In this document: piece by piece, positions 31,134 through 41,243 of the stretch
How the letters are laid out: every line of letters begins with the position of its first letter
How positions within the stretch are numbered: position 1 is the stretch's first letter
Assembly (NCBI GenBank): GCA_963422365.1
Contig: OY729426.1
Coordinates: 2,080,001 to 2,144,000, forward strand
Length of the DNA stretch: 64,000 nt
Reading direction: 5' to 3'
DNA from: Nitrospirales bacterium
Lineage (GTDB): Bacteria > Nitrospirota > Nitrospiria > Nitrospirales > UBA8639
The notes under the pieces: generated by a model
Database searches by the model: none
What the model was told of the DNA's origin: nothing
Seen by the model: only the letters and a program-made list of their open reading frames with translations
Made by a program: the position numbers and the translations under genes

Positions 31134-31227
31134 CGATCTTTCTCGCGACAGTGGCGGCTCAGGTCTCAGAATAACCGGGAATTAAACACTGTAGGGCAGC
31201 ATCCCTGTTCGGGGACGAGGATATGAC

Positions 31228-31782
31228 TTATGCCGCCAAGAGAGGCCGCTTGGAAGAAAGCGCCATGAGCCTGCCCTCGATGTTTGTAATCGGGGATCGC
31301 AACCTACAATTCCATCTGTCATGAGGAGAGGGAAGAGCGGCTTGCTTGGGGGTGAGTGGAGGATAGAACGTGACCCGATGAGCTTCGATATTGTTAAACA
31401 ACCTGTGGCCATTGGCCTCTCGTTCTTGCCAAAAGATACCCTGAACCTCGACGATTCGCCCAGTGGTCATCTGGATGTCCCCTAAGGTTCGATCGTGTCG
31501 CCCAAAGACCAGAACGCGGTCATTTCCTCTCTTGAGGTAGAAGATAAAATTGATGAAATGTTTCGAGTCGTCGAGGTGAAGTTCCAGCCGTGTGACGGTT
31601 CCTCGGATTCGAATTTGCTTTTGATGGTATTGGCTGGGGGACTGAAGCAGTTGCGCGATGGCGACTGATTCAATAAATTGTTTATTTTCAATAGATTGTG
31701 CTGATAAGCAAGAGATGAGGTGGCTGGGGATAAATTGTCCTGACAGACCTAAGACTATGAGCCCCCACCAGACGATACGCAT
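31228..31782 (-). CDS. Secreted OB-fold (CcmE-like) hypothetical protein
   Basis: Signal-like N-terminus; P..YH.KQIRIRGTV and GRIVEVQGIF OB-fold pattern; the C-terminal tail runs through a repeat element. Confidence 0.55.
   Translation of the reverse strand: MRIVWWGLIVLGLSGQFIPSHLISCLSAQSIENKQFIESVAIAQLLQSPSQYHQKQIRIRGTVTRLELHLDDSKHFINFIFYLKRGNDRVLVFGRHDRTLGDIQMTTGRIVEVQGIFWQEREANGHRLFNNIEAHRVTFYPPLTPKQAALPSPHDRWNCRLRSPITNIEGRLMALSSKRPLLAA
31270..31296 (+). repeat. 27-bp CCTG-hairpin mini-element
   Basis: cctgccctcgatgtttgtaatcgggga; near-identical to 32886-32912 and to the outer unit at 51621-51674. Confidence 0.8.
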
Positions 31783-31935
31783 ATTTTACCCTGCCTTCAC
31801 GGATTGGACTCACTGTCTCATGTATTCTTCCCCAGAGCAAGATCAGGATATCTTGAAGGAAGTGGGTTGGTGTATAGAGTAAAAGCAGGAGTTCGAATTT
31901 TCCCTTACATAACACAAAGTTGATAGAGTATTCCT

Positions 31936-32058
31936 ATGACACGGCAACAACGGTATCAGCAGCGTCACAAGGAAGCCGGCCTGTGCATTGATTGTCCCAG
32001 AAAAGCCGTGAGCCAGTGGTTTTGTGCTATTCACTTGAAGAAAAACGGCGGGCATTGA
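31936..32058 (+). CDS. Small CxxC..CxxH zinc-finger-like protein (40 aa; possibly frameshifted)
   Basis: MTRQQRYQQRHKEAGLCIDCPRKAVSQWFCAIHLKKNGGH*; below the ORF-track cutoff. Confidence 0.5.
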   Translation: MTRQQRYQQRHKEAGLCIDCPRKAVSQWFCAIHLKKNGGH

Positions 32059-32253
32059 TGCGGGTGCGTAAGGGCCGTCGGCCCTGGCATCCTGGCGTAC
32101 CTGGACGTCTGCCTCTAACCAGACGATCCCATTTCGGCCTAAGGGGGCCGAGGGCTTTCTCTGCTACGTTCTCTTTCCCGTCACGTATGCGCCTATCGCC
32201 TGCCTTGCCAATGGAACAAAGAATTGCCTTGATGGCCTGAAGGCAATCCTTCG

Positions 32254-32724
32254 TTAGGCTTGCTCTTTTAACATCTTCTCCAACCAGTCGAATGCTTCAT
32301 GATAAATGCCCGGGTGGGTACTTTCTCGGGGTCCGGCCACGTTCAGAACGGTAATGCCCGTATGGGAAATCCACGAGGCGGCAACATGGGGGGCTGGATT
32401 TGCTGTCAGAACGATGACAAGATGGGGTTTGTGAAGGCGCTGGGCGGTGTGGACAGTCAGGGCTGTGCCACTCGTGGGGTCGTTGCGAGTCAGGATTAAC
32501 GTTCCATCCGTGTCGCGGACGTTCCACTCTGTTCGTTGGGAATAGTGCGGCGAGGGAGTCTCTTGCAACGGGTACGTCATCGGGATCATGCCATCTTCAG
32601 CCAGACGCCCCTTCGGGCACCAACCGCCAATCAACAGACCGGCAGCCAAGCCGACATCGAGGACTGCCCGATCAACTCCTGTTTGACCGCCTGATATCAA
32701 TTTTGCAATGAGGTGGTGTGACAT
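32254..32724 (-). CDS. Putative molybdenum-carrier / circularly permuted YpsA SLOG protein
   Basis: KLISGGQTGVDRAVLD, GGWCPKGRLAEDG, RTEWNVRDTDGT, LNVAGPRES. Confidence 0.85.
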   Translation of the reverse strand: MSHHLIAKLISGGQTGVDRAVLDVGLAAGLLIGGWCPKGRLAEDGMIPMTYPLQETPSPHYSQRTEWNVRDTDGTLILTRNDPTSGTALTVHTAQRLHKPHLVIVLTANPAPHVAASWISHTGITVLNVAGPRESTHPGIYHEAFDWLEKMLKEQA

Positions 32725-32805
32725 GAATGTGTCAGTCTGTTTCCTTCTTTTTGTCATTCCCGTCTGCGTTCACTCATTCGCTGAGATTTCCCGCCGTCTC
32801 CTTCT

Positions 32806-32835
32806 GTCATTCCCGACATGTGTCATCGGGAATCC
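32806..32835 (+). repeat. GTCATTCCCG-type (CGTC-tagged family) REP palindrome
   Basis: gtcattcccgac-atgtgtc-atcgggaatcc; the hairpin core matches the 27-bp mini-elements. Confidence 0.65.
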
Positions 32836-32885
32836 AGTGCATATGGAGGGCCGCATCGTAAGCCGCCAACGCAAAGCGCCATGGG

Positions 32886-32912
32886 CCTGCCCTCGACGTT
32901 TGTAATCGGGGG
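32886..32912 (+). repeat. 27-bp CCTG-hairpin mini-element
   Basis: cctgccctcgacgtttgtaatcggggg, with flanks (gcgccatg..., ...ctacaa) similar to the 31270 copy. Confidence 0.8.
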
Positions 32913-33117
32913 ATGTTGCCGCTACAACAGAAAGAGAAGGCAGCCAGCCTCTTATTCTGTCAACAAATGAGTGAACATTGACAATGCCGAGCCACGCGAG
33001 GAATCTGTCTTTTTGCAAGTTGGGTCATGGCAGCCGGCAGGGGTAAAGGTTGAACGTTCGAAAATATTTCGCAACAATTGTACGGCAATTTTGTCAATGA
33101 AGAGCTAACGAGAGCCG

Positions 33118-33789
33118 ATGGCACGAATCCATCTTGATTACTATACCACTTTGGGGGTGACTCCAGAGGCGTCGGATGAAGAGATTAAACGATCCTATCG
33201 CAAACTTGCGCTCAAATATCATCCTGATCGAAATCAGGGAAACAAGAACGCCGAAGAGAAAATTCGCGAAATCAATGCCGCGTATGAAGTGCTCGGTGAT
33301 CCTGAGACCAGGAAATCCTACGAACGGCTTCGGTTTGGGGGTTATGGACGGAAATCGGATTTTGCCGCTGCGGAACCCACCGAAACGATTGATCCGGGTG
33401 TCATCCTTGAAGCTATGGAGAAAAAATTGTGGGAGGAAGGGCGGTCAGAGATTTTTCGAAAATTCATGAATGCCCTTCCCCTGGTGAAACAGGAATTAGC
33501 AAAAATTCGCAAAGTCACGGTCGCCAAATTAGGCTATGACAAATTTCATGAAGATATTGTGAAGATACATGCCAAACACGCGATCGATGAAATCGTGACG
33601 CCTGAGATGGAAGAACGAAAAGAACGGTTGTTGGACGTGGCCTTACACATGATGTTGTCTCAAGGTGTCGACGGCCGTGGCGGCCAGGAAGGAGAGGAGT
33701 GGGTCAAACGGCAATTGACCTCGGCGTTTCGTCGGGGTCGGGTGGACGGCTATTGTGAGGCCTGTGAGTTACTCTATGTTCGGCGGTAA
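33118..33789 (+). CDS. J-domain (DnaJ-like) protein
   Basis: DYYTTLGV...YRKLALKYHPDRN...INAAYEVL; no zinc finger and an unrelated C-terminal domain. Confidence 0.9.
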   Translation: MARIHLDYYTTLGVTPEASDEEIKRSYRKLALKYHPDRNQGNKNAEEKIREINAAYEVLGDPETRKSYERLRFGGYGRKSDFAAAEPTETIDPGVILEAMEKKLWEEGRSEIFRKFMNALPLVKQELAKIRKVTVAKLGYDKFHEDIVKIHAKHAIDEIVTPEMEERKERLLDVALHMMLSQGVDGRGGQEGEEWVKRQLTSAFRRGRVDGYCEACELLYVRR

Positions 33790-33879
33790 CCTGCCACACG
33801 GCCCAATTTGTTGTCCGCTAAGCCCAAGAAGTTCAGACACCTCCGGTTGCTGCGCGCGCAATGGGCGCGCCTTGTCAGT

Positions 33880-36438
33880 CTAAAACCGGTATGTAAAGGC
33901 TGTGTAGTAGAACCCGCCGTTGAACCCGAATGGCGCGGACCGACGCGAGTACTGGAACACGCCGGGAGAGTCCACAATGAGATTGCCCTGACTGTCGATG
34001 ATTCTCCCTGCGCGTGCCTGACCTATTCGGTTTTCATCGGGCGTCACGTTAAATAGGTTGTTAGCTCCGATCTTCAAGATCCCGAATGGTCCGAAGTTGT
34101 AACTGAGCTGAATGTCAGTGAGGTACTTGGGATCGAATTTCTGCTTGGTTCCGTCAGTCACTGTGTATGAGCCGTAGCGGTGAACCATCACGGATGCCGA
34201 CAATTGGTCCAACTGATACAAACCTGACAGCGTGAAGCGGCTTTTGGGCTGCCATTCTTCAATGATAGAGCGATCCTGGTCGGTAAACAGTCCGGGTGGA
34301 AGACCTGCCGGAAGGTTGACCGACCCGGTCTTGGTTTCCATGATAGCTCCGAGTAGTCTGAGGTTCAGGTCTCCCAATGGTATGAACGGTACGTCCCACG
34401 AGGCGACGATGTCCACGCCCTGCGTCCGGGTATCCACCGCATTCATGAAAAACTGCGCTTTACCGACGTTCTCATCGTTGAGAGCGTCCTTGGCTGACTG
34501 CGGAATACCATCCGCATCCGACTCCAATTGGCCGCTTATGATGATTCTGTCATTTACCCTGATATGATAGAAGTCCGTGGTGAGGGTAAACGAGGGAAAC
34601 GGCGTATACACAAACCCTGCGCTCACGTTGAGCGCGGTTTCCCTGTCCAATTCGGGGATTCCTATGGCCTTCGCGATGTCGCTGTCATTCCTGACCGTGC
34701 GAACCTCTGATGGAACCTGCTCGTTTTGTTCGTTTTGCCGGAACTGGGTACTCACGTTGTTAAAGTAAAGTTGGTGCATTGAAGGCGCTCGAAAGCCGGT
34801 GCTCATTGAGCCTCTCAATGCGAACTGTTTGGAGAAGTCCAGTTTCATGGCAAGTTTGCCGTTGACGGTATGGCCGAAGTCGCTGTAATGCTCGTAACGT
34901 ACTGCCGGACTGACCATGACCTTATCAAAAACACCAAGATCATTCATGAACATCTCCACATCCGTGTAGAAGGAAAAAGCGTGCCTTGACTCGTCTACCT
35001 CGTTTTCTGGCCTAAAGCCAGGGAAGACTTGGATGCCTTCTACGCCCTCGCCTGGGCCGTCATAGTCTCTGTATGAGTACTCTTCTCCGGCTTTGATCTG
35101 ATAGTTGTCCCTTCTGTACCCAGCTCCCCAGGCCACGTTCATGACCTGTATCGGTACGTTCCGGATAGGGAGGGAGAAATCCAGGTTGACGGTGGTCAGA
35201 TAGAGTTCCAGGTCGCCGGAATCTGCGGAAGTTGCTCCAGGTTGTCCATTGGCGGCAACCCATGAAGCATTGTGGGAGTTTGTTATATTGAAATTGAACG
35301 TGTTGCCGCCGTGGACCACTCCAAGATCGGCTTTGAGTCCGTTGTCGAACTCTTTGACAAGACCAGCGCCGAATGAAAAGTCCCAGATCGTCGTGTTAAT
35401 CAGCGGCAAAAATCCATCCGGATAGTCTGAGTCAGCGGGATTTCGATCAGACTGGTTTGCCCTTCTATAGAATCCGCCGCTTTCGTTTTCTCTCCTCGAT
35501 AAGTCGGCAAAAGAATAGATCTCTGCCCCACGCCACAGCGAATCGATGGGTTTTTCGAAGTTGAGCGCACTGCTGAACTGTTCCGAATCCGCGTCCCCGA
35601 TTCGGAAGTTGCGACGGTTGAAATTCCTCTCTTTGTCGTTACTTGGATCATCGGTCAGGATGTTGGTAGCAACGTTGTTATCGCAAGGGTTCGGCGTACT
35701 ACATTTAGTGACAGAGTGAGGGTACTGGATGTCGCCGGTCAGGCCCGCTCGGTTGGTCCGCTGCCGATTGCGATATTCGAACGTCGCGTGCAACATGCCG
35801 TCTTCTCCGATCTTGAAGCCCTTGTCGAGGCTTGCGGCGAACTGATCGCCGTCTCCTTCGTAGGTCGTTCCATAGTTCGCGCGGAACCCTCCTTCGTAAT
35901 TGTCCTTGAGGATGACGTTGATGACTCCAGCGATGGCATCCGATCCGTATTGTGCGGAAGCCCCGTCACGCAGGACTTCAATACGCTTGATCGCGCCGAG
36001 CGGGATCGCGTTCATATCAGTGCCTGCGGTGCCGCGTCCGACAGAAGTGTTGACGTGGATGAGTGCGCTGCCGTGACGCCGCTTTCCATTGAGCAGAACG
36101 AGTACCTGATCCGGTCCCATTCCCCTTAGCGTCGCGGGTCGTACGGAGTCCGTCCCGTCGCTGATCGTCGAACTCGATAAATTGAACGAGGGAATCAACC
36201 GCTGGATAGCCCGTCCCACTTCGAGTTGTCCCGTTTTGCGCATGTCTTCCTGTTTAATCAGGTCCACAGGCACAGGGGAATCCGTTATGCTTCTGCCCTG
36301 AATCCTGCTTCCGACAATGACGACTTCCTCAAGTTTGGTCGGCTCGTCAGTGGAATTAGCCTCCTGTTCCTGAGCTGAAACGCCCGGAGCCAGCACACAG
36401 ATGATCAACGCGTTGAGTAACAGTTTTCTATAGAGTAT
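33880..36438 (-). CDS. TonB-dependent outer-membrane receptor
   Basis: Signal peptide, TonB-box-like LEEVVIVGSR, plug motif LRGMGPDQVLVLLNGKR and RIEVLRDGASAQYGSDAIAGVIN, C-terminal YRF. Start uncertain (see findings). Confidence 0.93.
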   Translation of the reverse strand: MLYRKLLLNALIICVLAPGVSAQEQEANSTDEPTKLEEVVIVGSRIQGRSITDSPVPVDLIKQEDMRKTGQLEVGRAIQRLIPSFNLSSSTISDGTDSVRPATLRGMGPDQVLVLLNGKRRHGSALIHVNTSVGRGTAGTDMNAIPLGAIKRIEVLRDGASAQYGSDAIAGVINVILKDNYEGGFRANYGTTYEGDGDQFAASLDKGFKIGEDGMLHATFEYRNRQRTNRAGLTGDIQYPHSVTKCSTPNPCDNNVATNILTDDPSNDKERNFNRRNFRIGDADSEQFSSALNFEKPIDSLWRGAEIYSFADLSRRENESGGFYRRANQSDRNPADSDYPDGFLPLINTTIWDFSFGAGLVKEFDNGLKADLGVVHGGNTFNFNITNSHNASWVAANGQPGATSADSGDLELYLTTVNLDFSLPIRNVPIQVMNVAWGAGYRRDNYQIKAGEEYSYRDYDGPGEGVEGIQVFPGFRPENEVDESRHAFSFYTDVEMFMNDLGVFDKVMVSPAVRYEHYSDFGHTVNGKLAMKLDFSKQFALRGSMSTGFRAPSMHQLYFNNVSTQFRQNEQNEQVPSEVRTVRNDSDIAKAIGIPELDRETALNVSAGFVYTPFPSFTLTTDFYHIRVNDRIIISGQLESDADGIPQSAKDALNDENVGKAQFFMNAVDTRTQGVDIVASWDVPFIPLGDLNLRLLGAIMETKTGSVNLPAGLPPGLFTDQDRSIIEEWQPKSRFTLSGLYQLDQLSASVMVHRYGSYTVTDGTKQKFDPKYLTDIQLSYNFGPFGILKIGANNLFNVTPDENRIGQARAGRIIDSQGNLIVDSPGVFQYSRRSAPFGFNGGFYYTAFTYRF

Positions 36439-36636
36439 GATTCCCTCTTTCTTATAAATTCTAAAATAAAACTTGGTATCATGCCACATAAGACAAATGC
36501 AATGGCAAACAATTCGCTTCGGGCACCCCATAAAGGGGGCACACCCCCTTCAGAATCCCCGTTCGAACCTCACCCCCTTCTACGGCCATTGGTAGGCATC
36601 GTGGCGCCACTCTTTGTCTGATAGTTTTTGATGTTG

Positions 36637-36724
36637 TGGCGGAGGGGGTGGGATTCGAACCCACGGTCCCGTGAAGGACTCCGGTTTTCAAGACCGGCCT
36701 GTTCGTCCACTCCAGCACCCCTCC
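36637..36724 (-). tRNA. tRNA-Ser (TGA)
   Basis: GGAGGGG acceptor stem, CCGGT-CT-TGA-AA-ACCGG anticodon arm, long variable arm, GGTTCGAATCC, encoded CCA; 88 nt. Confidence 0.97.
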
Positions 36725-36736
36725 TGGTTGCACCTC

Positions 36737-36982
36737 TTAGTGCACTGATTCTTCAATGAGAAACCATCCATGCCGTTGCATGCAGACTTCGTAGCTTGCG
36801 GCACCTTTCAGCCCGGCCATGCCCGGGTCGTCTTCACACTCGGTACTCACTCGTTCAAACTCGCCCGGAGCTGCGCCGGGTTTGGACCATGAGGTTTGAA
36901 CTTTCGTAAGCGCGCACCCGCCCATGATTCCGAGTATGGCCAGGATACAGGCCGATAGTCTGATTAGGTTCCCAATGCTCAC
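36737..36982 (-). CDS. Small lipoprotein
   Basis: Lipobox-like IMGGC, WSKPG..F...C and CM...GW pattern. Confidence 0.7.
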   Translation of the reverse strand: MSIGNLIRLSACILAILGIMGGCALTKVQTSWSKPGAAPGEFERVSTECEDDPGMAGLKGAASYEVCMQRHGWFLIEESVH

Positions 36983-37012
36983 AGAGGACCTCCTTGTTAG
37001 GCACAGATGGTC

Positions 37013-38317
37013 TCAGTCCGAACCCTGCCCGTCGTAGGGTGCAGGGCTTGGAGCGATTCGTTCGACTCCATTCATATACGGTCGCAACACCGTGGGAATG
37101 ATGACCGAGCCATCTTCTTGTTGATAGTTTTCCAAAATGGCGACGATCGCCCGACCCACGGCTACGCCGGATCCATTGAGCGTATGAAGATAGACCGGTT
37201 TGCCGCCTTTGTGGCGAAACCGAATATTCGCTCTCCGTGCTTGGAAGGCTTCGAAATTGCTGCACGACGAGATTTCCCTGTACGCTTGTTGCGAGGAGAC
37301 CCAGACTTCGAGGTCATAGGTCTTGGCGGCGGCGAACCCCAGGTCACCGCGGCATAGGCTGACGACTCGGTAGGGCAATTCGAGTGCTTGCAGAATCGCT
37401 TCGGCTGCGTTGGTGAGGTGCTCAAGCTCGGAAGACGATTCCTCCGGGGTGGTGAACACAACGAGTTCGACTTTATGGAACTGATGGACGCGAATCAGAC
37501 CGCGCGTATCTTGTCCATAGGAGCCGGCTTCTCGACGGAAACAGGGTGTCGCAGCCACGTGCCGGATCGGCAAGGCGGTGTCCGGAAGAATTTCGTCCCG
37601 GTACATGTTGGTGACCGGCACTTCGGCTGTTGGGATTAAGATGTACGCATCATCGCGGAGGTGAAACAGGTCGCTTTCGAATTTCGGGAGTTGTCCCGTG
37701 CCGATCATGGCCTCTCGATTGACGAGAGAGGGTGGAAGTACTTCGGTATAGCCATGCGCCTGAATATGGATATCGAGCATCAACGCGGTTAACGCGCGTT
37801 CGAGTTGGGCGCCTGCGCCTAGAGCAATGGAAAATCGTGCCCCGGCGACTTTGCCTGCTCGCTTAAAGTCCAAAATGCCCAGGGATTCTCCTACGTCCCA
37901 ATGCGGTTTCGGCGGAAAGGAAAAGAATGGCGGCTTACCCCATCGACGAACTTCGACGTTCTGCGACGCATCAGCTCCTTGAGGAACCGTGCTATGTGGG
38001 ACGTTGGGAATGCCCAGCGCGTGTTCTTCGAGTTGGGTTTTAAGCGTCCGCAAGTGTTCTGTGTGGATGGCAATATTGTCGCCCAGCGCCCGCATGGCGG
38101 CCACGGCTGCTTCTGCAGGTTGGTTCGTGCGCTTTAATCGGGCGATGTCCTCGGAGCCTTTTTTGAGTTGATGCCGGAGGGCTTCGACTTGGGAAAGTCC
38201 GTCTCGGCGGTCTTGTAACAGCTTTTCGACCTCCTCCCACGCCACCTCTGCTCCACGGGGACCGAGTTGGTCGCGAATTGCTGGTAACTGTTCCCTGAGC
38301 GATCGAATGTCATACAT
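37013..38317 (-). CDS. serS: Seryl-tRNA synthetase
   Basis: [43 protein letters not shown]. Confidence 0.99.
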   Translation of the reverse strand: MYDIRSLREQLPAIRDQLGPRGAEVAWEEVEKLLQDRRDGLSQVEALRHQLKKGSEDIARLKRTNQPAEAAVAAMRALGDNIAIHTEHLRTLKTQLEEHALGIPNVPHSTVPQGADASQNVEVRRWGKPPFFSFPPKPHWDVGESLGILDFKRAGKVAGARFSIALGAGAQLERALTALMLDIHIQAHGYTEVLPPSLVNREAMIGTGQLPKFESDLFHLRDDAYILIPTAEVPVTNMYRDEILPDTALPIRHVAATPCFRREAGSYGQDTRGLIRVHQFHKVELVVFTTPEESSSELEHLTNAAEAILQALELPYRVVSLCRGDLGFAAAKTYDLEVWVSSQQAYREISSCSNFEAFQARRANIRFRHKGGKPVYLHTLNGSGVAVGRAIVAILENYQQEDGSVIIPTVLRPYMNGVERIAPSPAPYDGQGSD

Positions 38318-38439
38318 GGAGAAAATCACAACTTATTGAAAAGATAGATGAAAGTTAGCATGTATCTCGGACTCAGTCAACGAAGACACGAAGAGGTGGA
38401 ATACTTGCGGTGGCGTGAGGTTTCTCCTACTCTGAGTCC

Positions 38440-38577
38440 ATGCCGTATCTGTTTCCGCATGAAGACCTTTTCGTCGGGGGTCTGGTATGCGTGATCGTCG
38501 GGCTTTTGCTTGTTCGAGCGGTTATTGCCAGAAGACAGAAAGGAAGAGACCAAAATTCTGCTCAGACCGACCGGTAA
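38440..38577 (+). CDS. Possible small single-TM protein (45 aa)
   Basis: MPYLFPHEDLFVGGLVCVIVGLLLVRAVIARRQKGRDQNSAQTDR*: hydrophobic helix followed by basic residues; no clear RBS. Confidence 0.3.
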   Translation: MPYLFPHEDLFVGGLVCVIVGLLLVRAVIARRQKGRDQNSAQTDR

Positions 38578-38658
38578 CACGTTGTATGACTTGATTTGAT
38601 CTTTTTTTATCGAGTCACTATCATTTCTCCTTTTGTACCAAATTCTACTCGGGAAGAG

Positions 38659-39408
38659 ATGCATATGCATGACATGTCACGAGTGCAACGAAGCGATGGT
38701 CGCCGACCTGATGAAATCCGTCTCGTCAAAATTACCCGACCGTTTCTGAAGTATGCGGATGGGTCCGTCTTGATAGAAATGGGCGAAACCAAGGTTATTT
38801 GCACGGCTTCGGTCGAGGAAAAGCTCCCACCGTTCTTACGGGAGAAAGGGCAAGGCTGGGTAACGGCTGAATATGCCATGTTGCCACGGGCCACTCATCA
38901 TCGGACGCCCCGCGAAGCATCGCGAGGAAAACAAAGCGGCCGGACGTTGGAAATTCAACGGCTCGTGGGCCGAGCGTTACGCGCGGTGACGGATTTGCCT
39001 GCGATGGGGGAGCGCACGATTTGGATTGATTGTGATGTGATTCAAGCCGATGGTGGCACGCGCACGGCTTCGATTACCGGAGCCTTTATCGCGCTTGCCG
39101 ATGCGTTTGCCGCATTGAAAGAAAAGAACGTGCTGACGAAGACGCCGCTGATTGATTATCTCGCTGCCATCAGCGTCGGAAGGGTCGGCGGAGCCTCACT
39201 AGTGGACCTGTGTTACGAAGAAGATTCCACGGCCGAGGTGGACATGAATCTCGTGATGACCGGCAAGGGACGTTTAGTCGAAGTGCAAGGGACGGCCGAA
39301 CGCGGTTCATTTGGAAAAGAGGATTTGGATCAATTTTTGGCTTTGGGTTGGACCAGCATTCAGCAATTGATCAAGCGACAAAAAGACTGTGTCGGCACTC
39401 TCGCGTAG
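38659..39408 (+). CDS. rph: Ribonuclease PH
   Basis: [43 protein letters not shown]; exact start uncertain. Confidence 0.97.
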   Translation: MHMHDMSRVQRSDGRRPDEIRLVKITRPFLKYADGSVLIEMGETKVICTASVEEKLPPFLREKGQGWVTAEYAMLPRATHHRTPREASRGKQSGRTLEIQRLVGRALRAVTDLPAMGERTIWIDCDVIQADGGTRTASITGAFIALADAFAALKEKNVLTKTPLIDYLAAISVGRVGGASLVDLCYEEDSTAEVDMNLVMTGKGRLVEVQGTAERGSFGKEDLDQFLALGWTSIQQLIKRQKDCVGTLA

Positions 39409-39414
39409 AACATC

Positions 39415-40019
39415 GTGGATCTGGTGTTAGCAACAGGCAATCGAGATAAACAGCAGGAGATCAAGGCGTTCTTGCAGGACCTTGGTTTGACCATTCGGAT
39501 GTTGGATGAGTTTCCCTCAGCGCCGGACGTGATCGAAGACGGCGACACCTGCCACGCCAATGCGAGCAAAAAAGCTCGAACGATTGCACAGTGTACAGGA
39601 AAGCTGACCCTTGCCGATGATACCGGGTTGGAAGTCGACGCCTTAGGCGGCCGCCCGGGCGTGTTTGCTGCCAGATATGCCGGAGACCATGCCACGTATG
39701 AAGACAATTGTCGGAAATTGTTGGACGAATTGACGGGGGTCCCGGCGGAGCAACGGGGGGCTCGATTCCTGACCGTCGTGGCCATCGCCGATTCTGCTTC
39801 TCCTGTCGAGTTCGTGGAAGGTGCGTTACGGGGACGGATCGCGGATCACTGCTCTGGTGACTACGGGTTTGGCTACGATCCGGTTTTTGTGGTGCCGGAC
39901 TTAGAGAAAACCTTAGCGGAATTGACGCTTGACCAAAAGAATCGAATCAGCCATCGTGGACGGGCTTTGGCCAAAGCCAAGTCTGTCTTGAAACGGAAAC
40001 TTGCACGTGAGAACAATGT

Positions 40020-40029
<10 letters not shown>
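39415..40029 (+). CDS. rdgB: XTP/dITP diphosphatase
   Basis: [39 protein letters not shown]; the stop codon lies inside tRNA-Pro. Confidence 0.96.
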
Positions 40030-40097
<68 letters not shown>

Positions 40098-40159
40098 TGG
40101 TTTGTCCCCTTTCTTCCTCGGACTGACTCGCCATGGCTCGACACATCCAGCACTCCTGT

Positions 40160-40236
40160 GCGCCCGTAGCTCAGTTGGACAGAGCATCGGCCTTCTAAGC
40201 CGAGGGTCGCAGGTTCGAATCCTGCCGGGCGCGCCA
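40160..40236 (+). tRNA. tRNA-Arg (TCT)
   Basis: GCGCCCG acceptor, TCGGC-CT-TCT-AA-GCCGA anticodon arm, GGTTCGAATCC, CCA; 77 nt. Confidence 0.97.
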
Positions 40237-40300
40237 ATGACTCGACTCTTGGTCTGGGAAAAGAGAAGCGCATGCCCGTAAAAACACAGAAGACACAAAG

Positions 40301-40774
40301 TGACTCGGGGCTGAGTGGGATGACGGGACAGCGATTTCAGTAACGTGCCGCTTTCTGATTTCAAACTCCACGGCAGGCTGGCCGTTCTTGGCAATCGCTT
40401 CCGCGAGCAGCGTCGTCTGGGCAGCCTCCGCTGGCGCCCGGTGTAGGCTTCCGCTTCGGCTGTCCCCCTGATGGCCTCGGCCTTCCTCGGGGCTTGATAG
40501 AACTCCGCCCAGCCGCAAGCTCCACCGACCGTGTCTCGCCCTCAGCCTTCGCAATGACGGCACGCCGTTCCTGATCTGCGTTCAATGGCTGCCGCGGGGA
40601 AGCCTTGGTCTGCTCATCGACAATCACCTCGATGATCTCGGTGCGGGTGATCTCCAGACCCCAAATCGGGGCGGCCTTCTGTAGGGTGAAAGCAGTTTCC
40701 CGGGTCATGGAATCGCGCGAAGCCTGCAGGTCTTCCAATTCCAGCTTCCCGCCCGCCGAACGCATAATAGACGT
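40301..40774 (-). repeat. 474-bp inverted-repeat copy 2
   Basis: Reverse complement of 27290-27763. Confidence 0.95.
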
Positions 40775-41040
40775 TGCTGCCGTGATGATCGCTTGGTCAC
40801 TATCTTCGATTGTGCACACGGTTTTCTCGGCTTCGATGACCCGGAAGAACACCGTGCCCTGCAGATTCACCTCGACATTATTCGTAAACATCAGAGGTAC
40901 CGTTCAAGAATCGAAAGACAATGGCCGACATGGTCAAGGAACGGCACAATCAAGTTAAGTCCGGCAGGAAGGGTACAGCGTGTACTTACCGAAGCGCTCG
41001 ATGAGGTACACCATGCTCTAAGGAACAACCTGCACCCTCT
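40330..41040 (-). pseudogene. SPFH/stomatin (QmcA-like) pseudogene
   Basis: VQVVP*SMVYLIERFGKY / LPAGLNLIVPFLDHVG / TNNVEVNLQGTVFFRV / WGLEITRTEI / AEGETRS spread over several frames, with a premature stop. Confidence 0.88.
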
Positions 41041-41243
41041 TCCAGACAACGGGCGATCGCAAAGATGAGCACGACGATTGTCACGACCGCATACACATCA
41101 ATTTCCACAGTCTTCATCGTTCCCTCACAGTTTCATTCCTCAACCTAAGAATACGTCTCCGGCTAAATTCAGGCGACAGCTTGCTGAATGCGCAAGCTCT
41201 CGACCGATCATCTTGTGCTTTGTCTCTGTCATGAAAAACCAGT

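Noticed and set aside
36440..36636. Riboswitch, Pho box or sigma54 promoter upstream of the TonB receptor
   Set aside because: No cobalamin or TPP consensus, the direct-repeat spacing is wrong for a Pho box, and the only GG-N10-GC match faces away from the gene.
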